DNA from: Octopus vulgaris
Lineage: Eukaryota
NCBI GenBank assembly: GCA_951406725.2
Contig: OX597815.1
Span: 90,830,001 to 90,894,000, forward strand
DNA: 64,000 bases
Reading direction: 5' to 3'
The notes beneath the pieces are model-generated. The model was not told where the DNA came from. It was given only the letters and a program-made list of their open reading frames with translations, and ran no database searches. Numbering within the stretch: the first letter of the stretch is position 1; each line of letters opens with the position of its first letter. Below are positions 40,345-53,520 of this stretch, piece by piece. The position numbers and the translations under genes are program-made.

Positions 40345-40557
40345 CAGTATTTGACCTCGTGAGTACCACGGGCGATTTTTTTATCCTTTGTCTTACCTTC
40401 TCGGGATCTTTCCTTCTCCTATGTTTCCGACGAAGAGCTCCGCTCGAAACGTTAAAACCCTCCTTCTTCCCTTCTTTCCTGAGCGTCTAATAATACTTTA
40501 TTTGTTCCACGCCTTTGCGTTGTTGTGTTTTTTTTTTGTTTTCTTGTTTGGATTAAC
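40345..40557 (+). mobile_element. PLE pseudo-LTR 3' fragment with hammerhead-like motif
   Basis: Shares gaagagc..gctcgaaacgttaaa and ttcctgagcg..aatac with 57690-57893; ends at (TA)n. Confidence 0.6.
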
Positions 40558-40703
40558 TATATATATATATATATATATATATAAGTTCAGCAAACAATTT
40601 AGATTCAAATGAATATGGTACTTAATTTAGATGCACCAGAATTTTTTATCGTATTACCCATAAAAATATGCGGAGTGATTATAATAAAAAATAAGCAACA
40701 AGA

Positions 40704-40758
<55 letters not shown>

Positions 40759-40800
40759 TACATACATACATACATACATACATACATACATACATACATA

Positions 40801-41352
40801 CATGGTGGCTGCCCCCTCGTTATCGAGTATGGCCATTGCACGAAGCTTAATCAATGTTGTTATCGTGCAATGCCTGTGCAAGAAGATTTTTTTTTAAGTG
40901 AGGAAAGGCTGTACACTGAGTCAATCCCACTTACTAAGCCACAGCAGCCATAATCCGAAAAGAAGAACAAGTCAACCTCATTGGTAACCACTGAGCCGCA
41001 GATTTTATGTCGGAGTTATCCCAGTTACATGGGTTACCTTCTCCTAGAAGGATGCCCTAACAAAGGCTAGGAGTCCTTTACTCCCAATGGTTTAACCGCG
41101 CGATCGGGTATTCAGTCCGATTATTTTCTTTGTCGCCGCGCATGATACATCCTTAAGACATTTATTGGTTGGCCGTTGACTCTCAAGAATTCCTCCGCCT
41201 TTTGACGGGTTCTGTTTTTCATCCCGCAGGGTGTCCAATAAACACCCTCCTCACCAAGCAAGCTTGGTGGAGTTGCCGGTTTAGTCGCCGACGACCCGAC
41301 CATGCAACAGGTTGTACTGAGTTACATGTTACCAGTAGCACTCGAAAGTGCG
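40801..41352 (-). mobile_element. RTE-related short non-autonomous retroposon in (TACA)n
   Basis: Minus-strand motif ctcctagcctttgttagggcatccttctaggagaagg resembles RTE 5' UTRs as I recall them; (TACA)n on both flanks; no ORF. Confidence 0.5.
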
Positions 41353-41529
41353 TAGATATACATACATACATACATACATATATGCATACATACATACATA
41401 CATACATACATACATACATACATACATACATTGTTTGAATGGTCTATTGATTGAAGAAGGTGTAGTTATGGGAATTTAAGCAAATAAGATGTTAAGACAT
41501 CAAGTCAGAGTCTTAAAACATAAACAGCA

Positions 41530-41712
41530 GCGGAATCGTAAACGTACCGCCATTTCTTCCAAATACACATTCTGAACCACCGGGCTCGACTATGCCTTTC
41601 ATTTTTTCGAGGTCATAAAATAACTACCACTTGAAAACTAGGGGCGATGTAACCGACTAGCCCTCATCTCCGCCCCCCAACTTGCTACTCTGATACTAAC
41701 ATTAGAAACGAA
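41530..41712 (+). mobile_element. Degenerate Nin/Deu-like SINE
   Basis: ggaatcgtaaac..tcgactatgcctttcatt..gatgtaaccgactag. Confidence 0.55.
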
Positions 41713-41847
41713 TATCTAAACGTTAACAATTTCGAGCTCATAACATTTTACCCAAATGTGTTGATTCTAATTTTCTCATTAAAATGTTATGTAAACTGAA
41801 TATAGTAGGTAAATTGGGTAAACATGTGTATGGACGTATGTGTTTAT

Positions 41848-41886
41848 TCATATATATATATGTGGATGTGTGTGTGTATGTGTGTT

Positions 41887-41918
<32 letters not shown>

Positions 41919-41929
41919 TGTATGTGCGC

Positions 41930-41972
<43 letters not shown>

Positions 41973-42482
41973 CGTAATACACATACAGACACACACACAT
42001 ATATATATATATTTGCATGTGTGTACATGTATGTATATATCCCGCGTCAAAAGATGACGTCCGGAAGCGCTTCTGCAAATGTTTTCTTTGTATCTTTCAC
42101 CATGTCTGTGTTGATCTGCTTTTTGTAGACTTTCATTTGCATATCCTTTAATTCTTAAGTGTTTTACACACACACACACACACATCCGTGTGTATATGCG
42201 TGTGCGTTTATGTGTTGGCAATGTCGTTTGTAGATAGGGCAAGTATTGATGTAAACTTGTGCTGTATAAACGTGTATGTGTTAGGAATTCGCTTTCTTCA
42301 TTAACAAAACATACACCAAAGCTGATACACGGTACACATGAGTGTGTGCGTACACTCGCTATGTGTATGAATATATAAATGCCTCTATATGCATATGTAT
42401 GCATGCACATATATGAGTACATACTTTATGTATATATATATATATATATGCACACATATGTACATATATAAATATATATATA

Positions 42483-42534
<52 letters not shown>

Positions 42535-43018
42535 TAAATACATAACAGGAAATAGATAGAAAGAAAGACACAATTGATTTTTTTATTAATGAAAATAATG
42601 TTACACTTTTTTTGCTTGTCTTTTTACAAAAGATTCCGTTCCACAAGTACAAGACTATATTTTATGTTCTTCGATAACATGGTTGTAGTTGTGACGTCTC
42701 TGTATTAGTATATACATGTTTGTTTATGAATATGCATATATATATACGCATTATGCATGTGTGTCTGCATGCGTGTGCGTGTGTGTGTACGCACGTGTGC
42801 TGTGTGTATGTGATTGTATGTCTATATGAATCAGTAGTTGTGTGTATTATATATTGATTGATATGTAGGAATACATATATATGTGTGTGTGTGTGAATAT
42901 TTATGTATATATACACACATACATACATACATGCAGGCATATAGAGACATACACACATACATACAGACATACATGCAGACATACATACATACAAGCATAG
43001 ATATAGATACATGTCTTC

Positions 43019-43070
<52 letters not shown>
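41848..43070. repeat. Microsatellite-dense block (TG/TA/TACA)
   Basis: Direct reading; interspersed with short unique segments. Confidence 0.8.
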
Positions 43071-44129
43071 ATACATACTTCCGTATTACAAAATATATCG
43101 TTTTTACAATATTTAAATTATTTGAAAATCGTTTAATTGATTCAATCACTTTTTACGAAATAGAGATAACCATTTTGTTCTCTCTTTTTCGATTGGGGTT
43201 TCTGGCTGGAGAACAAAGCATAAAAGTAATTAGAACAAAGACTATATTGATAAAACTACATTTAACTTTCACATTTTACTTTTAACTTAAGGAACTGATA
43301 AAAATAATCAATTTCTTTAACAAGCAATGTTATTTGGCAACTGCAGTAGCTTGTTTTTTTTAATTCTTTTTTTTTCTTTTGCTCATTAATCGCTGTGTTG
43401 GTGAATTAGTAGAATCGCTTGTGTGTCGGATCGAACGTCTCATGTTATTCTTCCAGATCTCTACACCTTGTATTCAAATCCCGCAGTAACAACATTACCT
43501 TTCATGTATTCGGGATCCATAAATAAATAAATTACCATACCTATGAGGAGAACCGGTAGAATTGTTAAAGCATCGAACAAGATGCATTGCTGTGTTTTTT
43601 TTTCGGTTGTTTTTTGCGTTTTAAAATTCCATCTAAATAGAGATAACCAGGGTTAGAACTTCGTTAAACCCTCTGGTGACCAACGAAAGCAGATAGACCT
43701 ACAAACAGTATGGCAAAGCCTGCAGCAGCATGCCAAATCTTCATCCAGCAACGATTTGAAACTGCAGTATTCTGACTGAACCATAAAATCGTGTACTGAC
43801 AACAGCTATTCCTATTTAAGAAAATAATTAATGCACATGACCAAAGCGCATTTATATCATAATTAATTAATTTGATTATTTATGACTATTCATCGCAGGA
43901 AGATTTTGACGAAGAAGAAGTTATCTGCTTTCAATCGTTTTAAATGTGTTCACCACACATCGGTTTTCGATATATCCGCCAGATAATGGAAAATTCCCTG
44001 TACTTTCCGACACTGCAGAGGTTTCTGCCAAGCTAGGGATTTCTGGAATATTTTTATAGTTTCTGAACCATGAATGCTTTTGTAAAGAGATCTGATTGCT
44101 AAGATTAAATTACACCCACTGCACTATCC

Positions 44130-44520
44130 AAGCAGTTCTAGTGTTTTTGTGTGATAATATCTCAGATGCAAGGCACTCGTGTATCTTTGATCTATGACCG
44201 CACTTTCGTTAAAGAGATATGCTATGGAGAAACGTGCCTGATAAAACATGACCAGACCTACTCACCGTTTAGAAATGTCTGCAGATGTCATGGCCTCAGT
44301 GCATTCATGCGTATCATCAGTCACAGCATACCAAGCATCCACGCCGCGGATGACGAATGGAGATAGACTGGCTATGTTGTGGAACACTTTCCTTCAACAA
44401 GAAACGAAAATGCAGACACTACACTGCAATCTGGCCAAACGATAACTGGTGCACACTAGATAGTCAGGTAATAATGTGTTACGGAAGGGATACATGCCCT
44501 CGCCATTTCTGCGTGTCATT
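44130..44520 (+). mobile_element. Decayed RTE-like LINE RT C-terminal remnant
   Basis: CYGETCL (cf. LYGSETW) at ~44220 and EWR*TGYVV (cf. RWRWAGHV) at ~44355. Confidence 0.4.
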
Positions 44521-45249
44521 TCAGGGACACCTTCTTCTTTGCCACTTTGAGGGTTAGAATGGCCATCCTACACATAAAATCGGCTCAATGCCTATCTACA
44601 TAGGGGTCAGCACAGAACTAGACCATATATCAGCAAAATAGTTTATCAGTTCAGAGACCCTCAACGCTAGCTAGTCCTAACTTGTCTAAAGATATTTCAA
44701 AATGTAAGCCGACAGATTTATCCAATAAATCTTTGCTCTTATAATCATTTCAGTAATGAAATAAAAACGAAGAAAATCTGAAGCAAATATCGAGCATATT
44801 AAAATATATATTTGTTTATGTAAAATATCGAATTATTGAAATTTTATATTACAACTGGGGTTCCGAATGTTAGTATGTGGCGGCTAATTGGTGATGAATA
44901 ACAACGTTTACAAAACATCACTTATAAAGGAAAAAGGATAAAAAATGCCACCATGGTGATTCAGTTCACTATCATACTACGATTACAGAAAATGAATTTC
45001 TAATTGACATAAAATATATATCATTCGCCCCCGAGATACTCTGAAATTTAATCTGAAAATGACGGATGCAAAATTTACTTTGGTAGAACAAAATAAACCA
45101 GCACAAGGCAATAAATTTCGAGAGTGACAAATGAAACAGAAATGTACGCAAAAAGAAAATGATTCTATACAACCTGCACGTATAGTTCTCAGTTACACCC
45201 TATGTCGCAATATGATTATCATAGCGCACACCTATATTAATAATCTTAA

Positions 45250-46850
45250 TGTAAAATTAACTCTAGGTACCCACAATCTTGCCAATTTAAGAATATACAA
45301 AATGAATAGCATAATTATAACACATTTAGAAATATATCACTTAGAAGAAAGAGTGTATATCTACCAATACACTAATATCTAAACCCAAGCAAAAAAATTC
45401 AGAAAGTAGAATTATCGTGCAAAGTAGAAAATAATATTACTCAGCGTTTAAAATAACAACGGAAATTTAAAACAAAAGTAAGAAATACTGTAGAAATACA
45501 TTAAAAAGAAGTACCCGAATTCAATGGTCATGTAAAGTAATATATACTCTCACAAAAATGTACAAACGTCTCTCGTTATAGAAAACGACGGTGATCCTAT
45601 GAACCAAATAAATTGTTTGTTTTTTTACTAACCCAAATTTATTTTGTCTATATAAAAAGTCCACTCTTATTTTGATAATTAAAATCAAAATAGGAGTGAA
45701 AGAGCAAGAAAATTAGAAGAAGCTGTGGAATACTGTATACAGTAGATATATCGTCTCACACAAGAAATCAAGAAATGCAACAATACCAGAAGTAACTCCA
45801 GCGCTAGAAATTAACAAGTAATATGCGCTAAGATAGTGTGCTCCACCCCTGGAATCTCGAAACAGAAGTAGGAACATCAAATATATCACGAATCAATGGG
45901 AACCATTCTGAAATTACACTCATAGCAAATCACTTCCTTCCCTAATAAAGGAGGCCTACTCCAGGTAACTCCCTTTCTCCAATTACTGGTTAGCCAGGCA
46001 TTAAAAGTTTTAACCAGCATAAGTAAGATCAGATTTGTAAAACTGCTATGATAAGAGAATCAACAATTGCATGGAAACATGTCTACATGTTATATGCTGC
46101 ACATGATAAGTAACTGAAAACACTGCTACAGAATACAGATTAAGTAGAATAGTTGACACTAAATTCAATTTAGAAAAATGCATGAAAGAAACTTTAAAGA
46201 TAGGGAAGCTAGTAAGTAACTCATTTGGCGTGAGATAAAGAAACAGAGATAAACGAATTAGACTAAACATACATATATAGATACTTTATGAATTATTGAA
46301 CTAGATAAAATACAGCACACACATATAAAAGAAAATATTAGGAAAATTTTGTAAATATTTTTGATTATAACTTAAAACATATCTAAATAAAAGTAAGATA
46401 AGTTAAGAGATACAATAATCTAGCTGTCCCGGTAATAAGTTATAATTGTAATAAAGTGGATTGGTGAGATTAGAAAGGAATACGAACAAAAACAAATAAT
46501 AACTGTATTTAGACCTACCACACAAAAGCACGAAAAGAAAAGTTATGTAGGTGTCTTTCTGCAACTAGAAAATCATTACAAGTTATCTAATTTGGGGTTT
46601 AAAAATATGTAGCACTAACAGAGACAACCTTAAAGGCAGAGAAACATGAACTAAAGTTACAAGATATTTTTTAGAATCAAGACGGGCAACAAATAAAAGT
46701 ATTTAAAATAGAATTATACATGTATTAAGAGAGAAAAGTCCCTACATAACCATTATTTGACCAGATTGAACAAAGTCAAGTGATAAAAATGAAGGTTGTT
46801 TTTTTACACAAACCCCAAAAACCTACATACAGAATATATATAAAATTTAG
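45250..46850 (+). mobile_element. Highly decayed Penelope-like element (RT + GIY-YIG)
   Basis: YR(-)NDG (cf. YRDDG) ~45578, KENIRKIL (cf. TNIGKKF) ~46330, VFRPTTQKHEKKSYVG (GIY-YIG-like) ~46505-46552. Confidence 0.4.
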
Positions 46851-47299
46851 TTTCACATGAATATGGTACTTTAGTTGAAGGTACCAGAATTTAGTATGGT
46901 ATTATCCATACAACTTGAAATAAGATGAGTATAATCAAAGTAAGCAACAAGGATATCCAGAGGTAATGCAGTACGATCGTTTCATGCGGCTCCATTTAAT
47001 TGAACAATGCAAACATTACATCACTTTAAAATGTAGAGCAATCTTCAGCTGCACAAAAATATAGAATTTAATTAAATTCGAAGGACTCATTAGTATAATT
47101 TTATCCAAAACCTCCAAGAGGATAAGGAGATAGACAAAGAACATGTTTTACCAACAACGTCACACTTGTAACTAAATTACATTTTCTGTCTCGTTGTGTT
47201 GAGAAGAGGAATAACCTGAACTAAATCTGTATTCTAGATTAATACGACCACCTGATGCTTCTTCAGTAACTTCAGCAAATTATATAATGTATCTGAGTA

Positions 47300-47351
<52 letters not shown>

Positions 47352-47352
<1 letters not shown>

Positions 47353-48523
47353 TCGCAGTGTAGCCCGGCTTTGCTCAGGATTAAGTTAGGATTATTAAGC
47401 TAATCAAGCTCTTTATTTCAAACCAAACGAAGTAACATCGACGTCAAATTTGAGCGAAATCCGCTGAAATTGGTAAACCTTTGGCTGAAAATGAGTTGCA
47501 GACAATTTGATTGGAAAATCTCATAAGGAATCGGTTTATCGATTTTTTTTCACTCATCGATTGTGTTTTTTTTTTTTCATTTTTGGAGAACTTAAAGCCT
47601 TTAAAGATCCCATGAGTCCTAAGTAATGCTGGCATCAAGTTTGAACAAAATACATCAAAATTGGTAAAAGTTATGTTTGAAAATGAGGTGTAGCAAATTT
47701 TAAAAGAAAATCCTATAAGGAATCAGTTTATCGATTTTGTAATCCTGATTAAATGGAAAACCCCATAAGGAATCAGTTTATTGATTTTTCACCCCAAATA
47801 GGACTTAACCGAACACAACATTGCTGATTCAAAAAACATCAATATTTATACATTAAAGTTGGTTTTCATACCCAACTCAGTTCTGCAGAATCAGTGTCAC
47901 GACGGGAGCGTATGGGTTGGGAGTTTGATCGGCAGAGGTGATCAGGTTGCATATACCCACCCTTTTGAAAACACTACCCCCCATCATGTAACCCCCTTTG
48001 CCCATGGGTGGAGAACCCTTCCAGCAAGGGCTCTCGATCTTCTGTGTGAGAAGCAGTTATGTTCAGATCACAGCTAAATATAAATATATGGGCAATACAC
48101 ACACACACACACACACACAAACATATACGCACATACACCTATTGTATACATGTTTTTTGTACGCTCTTGCCCTTGCCCCTGTTCCACCCCCCTACTCGAG
48201 TAAACCATCGATAGAAGCAAATTTGGCACCGGGACGTAAGTTTTGTAAGAGGAATAGAGAGGTCTACCTTCTCCCGCAGAGATGAGAGAGTCAGATCTCT
48301 CCTTTCGGAAATATGAACAGTTTCGAAACATTGTTTACAAAATAATAGCTGATCGTTTGCAAAGAAGCGTGTCTACAGTAAGCACCTAGGATCTTTGCTC
48401 AGGTAAATGTGCTCTCTCCCATGTTCACACACGACCAGCTATATGTCGCTATGAGTAGAGCAACTGATTCAGCTAAATTGGAAATTAGTTGTGGAGAAAC
48501 GGAAAATATAGTTTATATTGTAC

Positions 48524-48579
<56 letters not shown>

Positions 48580-48770
48580 GCAACACGACACACATTGCAT
48601 ACATGTGTTTTGTACGCATACATGTTCGTGTGTGTGACCGAAGCCATTCACACATACATACATACATACATACATCCATCCATACATACATACACACATA
48701 CATAACCCCTGTCTGTATGTTTTTGCCTGCCAATCACTCACTAAAAAGAAGAAATTTGAAAAATCTGTTA

Positions 48771-48839
<69 letters not shown>

Positions 48840-49104
48840 ACACCGTCGCTAGAAGGGGACTTAACTCATATTTGCAAATGATGATGTATTTCTCCAACTT
48901 GAAAATTGTTAGAAGTTACGGGTCAAAATTATTTTTACCGCTATTCACTGGTGCCTCGGGGGAAAATAATTTGAGGAAAATACAGCTAGCGTTGTGACGA
49001 ATATCCTCTTAAAATTTGAGCGACATGCGTGCTAATTTGTGGATGTACATAAACTACATTCACGTACACACACGCACACACATCTTGCCTTTTATATATA
49101 CAGA
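47352..49104 (-). mobile_element. Non-autonomous Helitron (possibly composite)
   Basis: Minus-strand 5' A|TCTGTATATATAAAAG at 49104; 3' hairpin plus degenerate CTAG (CGAG) at 47352; termini resemble 50891-51396; contains a Pif1 remnant. Confidence 0.6.
48409..48516 (+). pseudogene. Helitron Pif1-helicase C-terminal remnant
   Basis: PMFTHDQLYVAMSRATD..TENIVY matches the Pif1/RepHel motif VFSHGQLYVALSR..TxNIVY. Confidence 0.8.
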
Positions 49105-49745
49105 TATATATATGTGTGTGTGTGTGTGTGACACGACAACTTGATGATTAATACAAGACTGTTGATATACGCTTGAATTCTGTCTTGTTACAATTAAGAG
49201 GAGCTGGTTTGTCGCTATTCCATTCGAGAATGCTTTTGAGATTTTACTTCGTGGAAGTAGTAAAATTTCGTGTGAATTGTCTAGAAGGCTTAAAGAGAGA
49301 CAACGAAAAGACCACTTTTCAGAAAAATGCTGTTTGTGTAAAGTGAGATTGAGTGTAGGAAGCTCCGAATCGCGTGAACAAACACGTTGTATTGGTTTGA
49401 TTAACAACTTTTTTGCCTCAAGTGCAAATCAATGATAACGTAGGCTGACATCCACCCCCAAAATATCAATGAAAGTGAAGTCACTCAGTTCTTTAAGCTG
49501 ACACTTCAGCTTTGCTAATAACAATTAGATGACATAAAGAAACATAGACAGCAAATTCGATATAAAATAAAGTGACAGACAGGTACCAGTTAAAAGACGT
49601 TTGACTAGTAGAAGAGTGATACGAAAGCGATAACCAAAAGTAACGTCATATTATGACGCTTCTACATTGGAAAGTGAGAGGATTTTGGAATAAAAACGGA
49701 AGAAATAAATTAATATTTATCTTTTACATTAAAACAGCTCATTTG

Positions 49746-49818
<73 letters not shown>

Positions 49819-49995
49819 ACATTATTATATTGATTCGTATACTTTGTCATAAGATCAAGGTATTAAAACTCTAAAACTGAGATATATAAGTACACATACG
49901 CACAGTAACACAAACACACACATACACACGTGCATACATAAATACATTACACATACACACGTGCATACATAAATACATTACACATACACACATAC

Positions 49996-50043
<48 letters not shown>

Positions 50044-50271
50044 CAAGATATAACTTAGAGGTTATGCAACCATCTAAGGGATAGAAGGAGTTATATAACT
50101 CTTTCGGCCAACACCACCGGTCAAATAGTCATTGTCCCTACTTACTGCCCCATGCATCTAATGAAGGAAACTACAAACATATGGAACCCAACAAGTCACT
50201 AAAAGGTAAGCCTAATGACTTAACGAACTCTTCTCCCTTTTTCTTTTTCTTTGCCTTTCTTTTCCCTTTAA

Positions 50272-50356
50272 AATCATTCTGAAGATGTTTGTTAAATGTA
50301 AGGAGGTAAATGTAAATTTACTCCGATTTGATTAACAGAAACAGCTGTAAATGATT
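50272..50356 (+). ncRNA. Type I hammerhead ribozyme motif (PLE-associated)
   Basis: Stem I aatcatt/aatgatt (7 perfect bp), core CUGAAGA, long stem II, GAAA, palindromic stem III ACAGCUGU, GUA cleavage triplet. Confidence 0.8.
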
Positions 50357-50533
50357 GCGAACTACAATTAAATAATTAACACCAATGATTCCCTTTTCAT
50401 TTTTTTACAGCTCCATATCTTTTCTTTTCCTTTAGATATATATATTGATACCAGCAAGAAACAATAATGGACTTCTTCACTACACTCAACAGTAATATAG
50501 CGATTATACCAACTACAGACAAAACACCACCAT

Positions 50534-50820
50534 ATGGATTCTATTGAGAACAGTAAGAAATGATTATGAACTTTTCTATTGCACTTTTTATAATATACTT
50601 GATAAGGTTCGTTTTTTCAAAAACATCGATTCTATTGAGACCAGTAAGAAGCGATTATGAACTTTTCCATTGCACTTTTTATAATATTTTTGATAAGGTT
50701 CGTTTTTTCAAGAACATGGATTCTATTGAGAACAGTAAGAAATGATTATGAACTTTTCCATTGCACTTTTGATAATATTTTTGATAAGGTTCGTTTTTTC
50801 AAGAACCGAAACATGTAAAA
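50534..50820 (+). repeat. Three tandem 91-bp units ending in a degenerate hammerhead
   Basis: ctattgag at 50541, 50632 and 50723; last unit reads ttgataa-ggttc..gaacc-gaaa-catg-ta. Confidence 0.85.
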
Positions 50821-50890
50821 TTCATAAGAAAATTAAAATTTATCTAATATAGTGGCGTTTTCAAACTTCTTTTTTACAAATATATATATA

Positions 50891-51395
50891 CTAGCAGTAT
50901 CGCCCGGCGTTGCTCGGGTTTGTAAGGGAAATAACTATATAAGCATTTTTAGAGAGTTACTTCCCTTATAAATTCGGGCTTTCTTAGCCATTTTTGTTTT
51001 GGTGTCTTCAAGCCATGAAGTCGTTGTTCTAAAAGAACGCTGGTTTCCTTCACAACGCATTACGACGTTGATTTCTTTACACTCCCTTCCCCACAGCTTC
51101 ACGAGGGAGGGAAGGGGGAGAAGCAAACAGGTGCAGCTGTGAGCGTGGACGCCAACTCCGCCGCCATCGACATACGATGCATTTTATGCATTAAAATGGA
51201 ATAAAAAATGATGTTAAATTATTTGTAAAATCGTAGACTCATCGTTGACGCGCGCTAATAGTCAGACGGGCTCGATATGAATCACGACTATAAGATACCC
51301 GAATTTGGTTAAACTGCACCGCAAAATGTGGGAGGAGTTAGGAATCTAAATCGAAGGGGACAGACACTCACACAACTAGAGTTTTATATATATAG

Positions 51396-51396
<1 letters not shown>
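50891..51396 (-). mobile_element. Short non-autonomous Helitron
   Basis: Minus strand: A|TC at the 5' end, subterminal hairpin cccgagcaacgccggg, CTAG|T at the 3' end; inserted in (TA)n. Confidence 0.85.
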
Positions 51397-51449
<53 letters not shown>

Positions 51450-53205
51450 GGTGGGTGTATAAACATACATACAGACATGGGTCTAGTGGTGACTTGGACT
51501 TCAGATTTCTACAACCAAACAGTTCAAAATTCGAAATTGATAATGACATAGAAAAGTTTAATAATGAGTAATATAAATTGTTGGACACTGAAATTATGTC
51601 ACTTCGATCAGATGTTATTGACAAAGATAACCAGAAGAGTGGTGCCTCCTAATTTCTGTACCAAATCCAAGTATTAATATGTATCGAACAAATATCCAAT
51701 TGTAAATAGTGAGAAATACAGATAAGAACGTAGGCACTGAACATAACAATTTCCATATGAAATAGTGCCTTGAGAAAGATAAATTAGCCAAATCCCATGT
51801 TTTATGCAACATAACACTAATAAACCCTACGCATATTCTGTAGTCAATGCTCTCTGTGTAATATATAAACACAGAAATGAACAATGCACATACTTTTCAC
51901 GTATAAATCTGTGCTCGCCTGTGCACGGAAAACATGCAAAAAAATAAGAGGACTGGTGAAATAAAAAATATTCTCTGTTACATTTAACTTTAGCAATTTT
52001 AAAGTCACTTTTCGTAGTTGTTAAGAAATACGTGAAGAATTATGTTGTGATTTGAACGAAAAAACGCCTGCTAAAGACTTGAAATCCACACCTTCGATTC
52101 TTGCACAGCAAAACGAAAATATTATTGTCTTATTAACTGTAAAATATAACTTTTATATTGTTGTTTACATCTACAGTTTGTTGAAACTAATTTGTTTACA
52201 ACTGAGTCAAAACTCATTTCTATCGCCGACAGACGTTCCCACACAGAAACAAGTATAAAAATTCTCACTTAAATTCAATGACTTCACATTAATTCTCGCT
52301 GTTCTTGCCGTTTGTAGCCTTAAGTTAAAATCCTGATCAAACATATATATATAATAAATAGCATTCTAGTCCTTCTAGAGTTACGTGTAGGACTACGTCA
52401 ATTACACGTGTCTTTTCCTTATTTAAGATGTCCTGCTGTAATTTAAGGGGGACCTGCCTACTATGTCTAGTTTATGTGATCACGTAATGACTCCTTCCTT
52501 TTGGAAATATGCAGCTTCCGCTGCAGATAATTTCGAGATCAAACACTGATATTTTTATTTATCGTTATTACAGCCAAGATACAAAACTTTGATATGTTTA
52601 CACACTCATACGCAATAAAAGAAAACATGCATACATACACCACTACACCATTCAAGCACAATTACAAACACACAGAGTAGATACGACATGCTGAATTGTT
52701 TCACAGCCTACTAGAAACACATTTGTAAATGAAGATAAAACAAAGAAGTTCAAATGTTTTCCCAGGAGAGAATCAAAAACAGAAGTTGTTAGAAATATAA
52801 TCATACTAATTAGTGCAAAGAAGCAAAAGAATAATGAACATTAAATAATTATCTTGTTTTCAATCAAAATATGTTGTTTTCCATTTCTTCCCGAACTAAC
52901 TAATTTCTTTGGTGCTTCATTGACAATACAACTCAATATTTCATATCAAGTTGGATTGTTATTTTGAAGCAACAATTTCATTGTTTCCTTTTGTGGATAC
53001 GAATTCGCTTTATGACACGCTATAATTCATATTTACTTACGAACAAAAAGTCATATAGTGTAAGGCAAATATGATAATGTGTAACTTAACATATAAACAC
53101 ATATAAACGGTAAATATGTATCTAATATTACTATGTCTAGTATTACTATAGCTTACGCAAAATGAGGTAAACAATCAGCCACACATGTACACAGATGTAT
53201 GCTGG

Positions 53206-53520
<315 letters not shown>

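Larger units (their letters stand above)
49150..51548 (+). repeat. Local duplication, copy B, interrupted by nested insertions
   Basis: Aligns to 39260-40268 apart from the ~1.4-kb insert at ~50040-51396. Confidence 0.88.

Noticed and set aside
42054-42068. CRE plus ETS-like motif tgacgtccggaag as a promoter
   Set aside because: Isolated among microsatellites, with no CpG island or linked exon.
50534-50806. CRISPR-like array
   Set aside because: The whole 91-bp unit repeats with no unique spacers; eukaryotic context and no cas genes.
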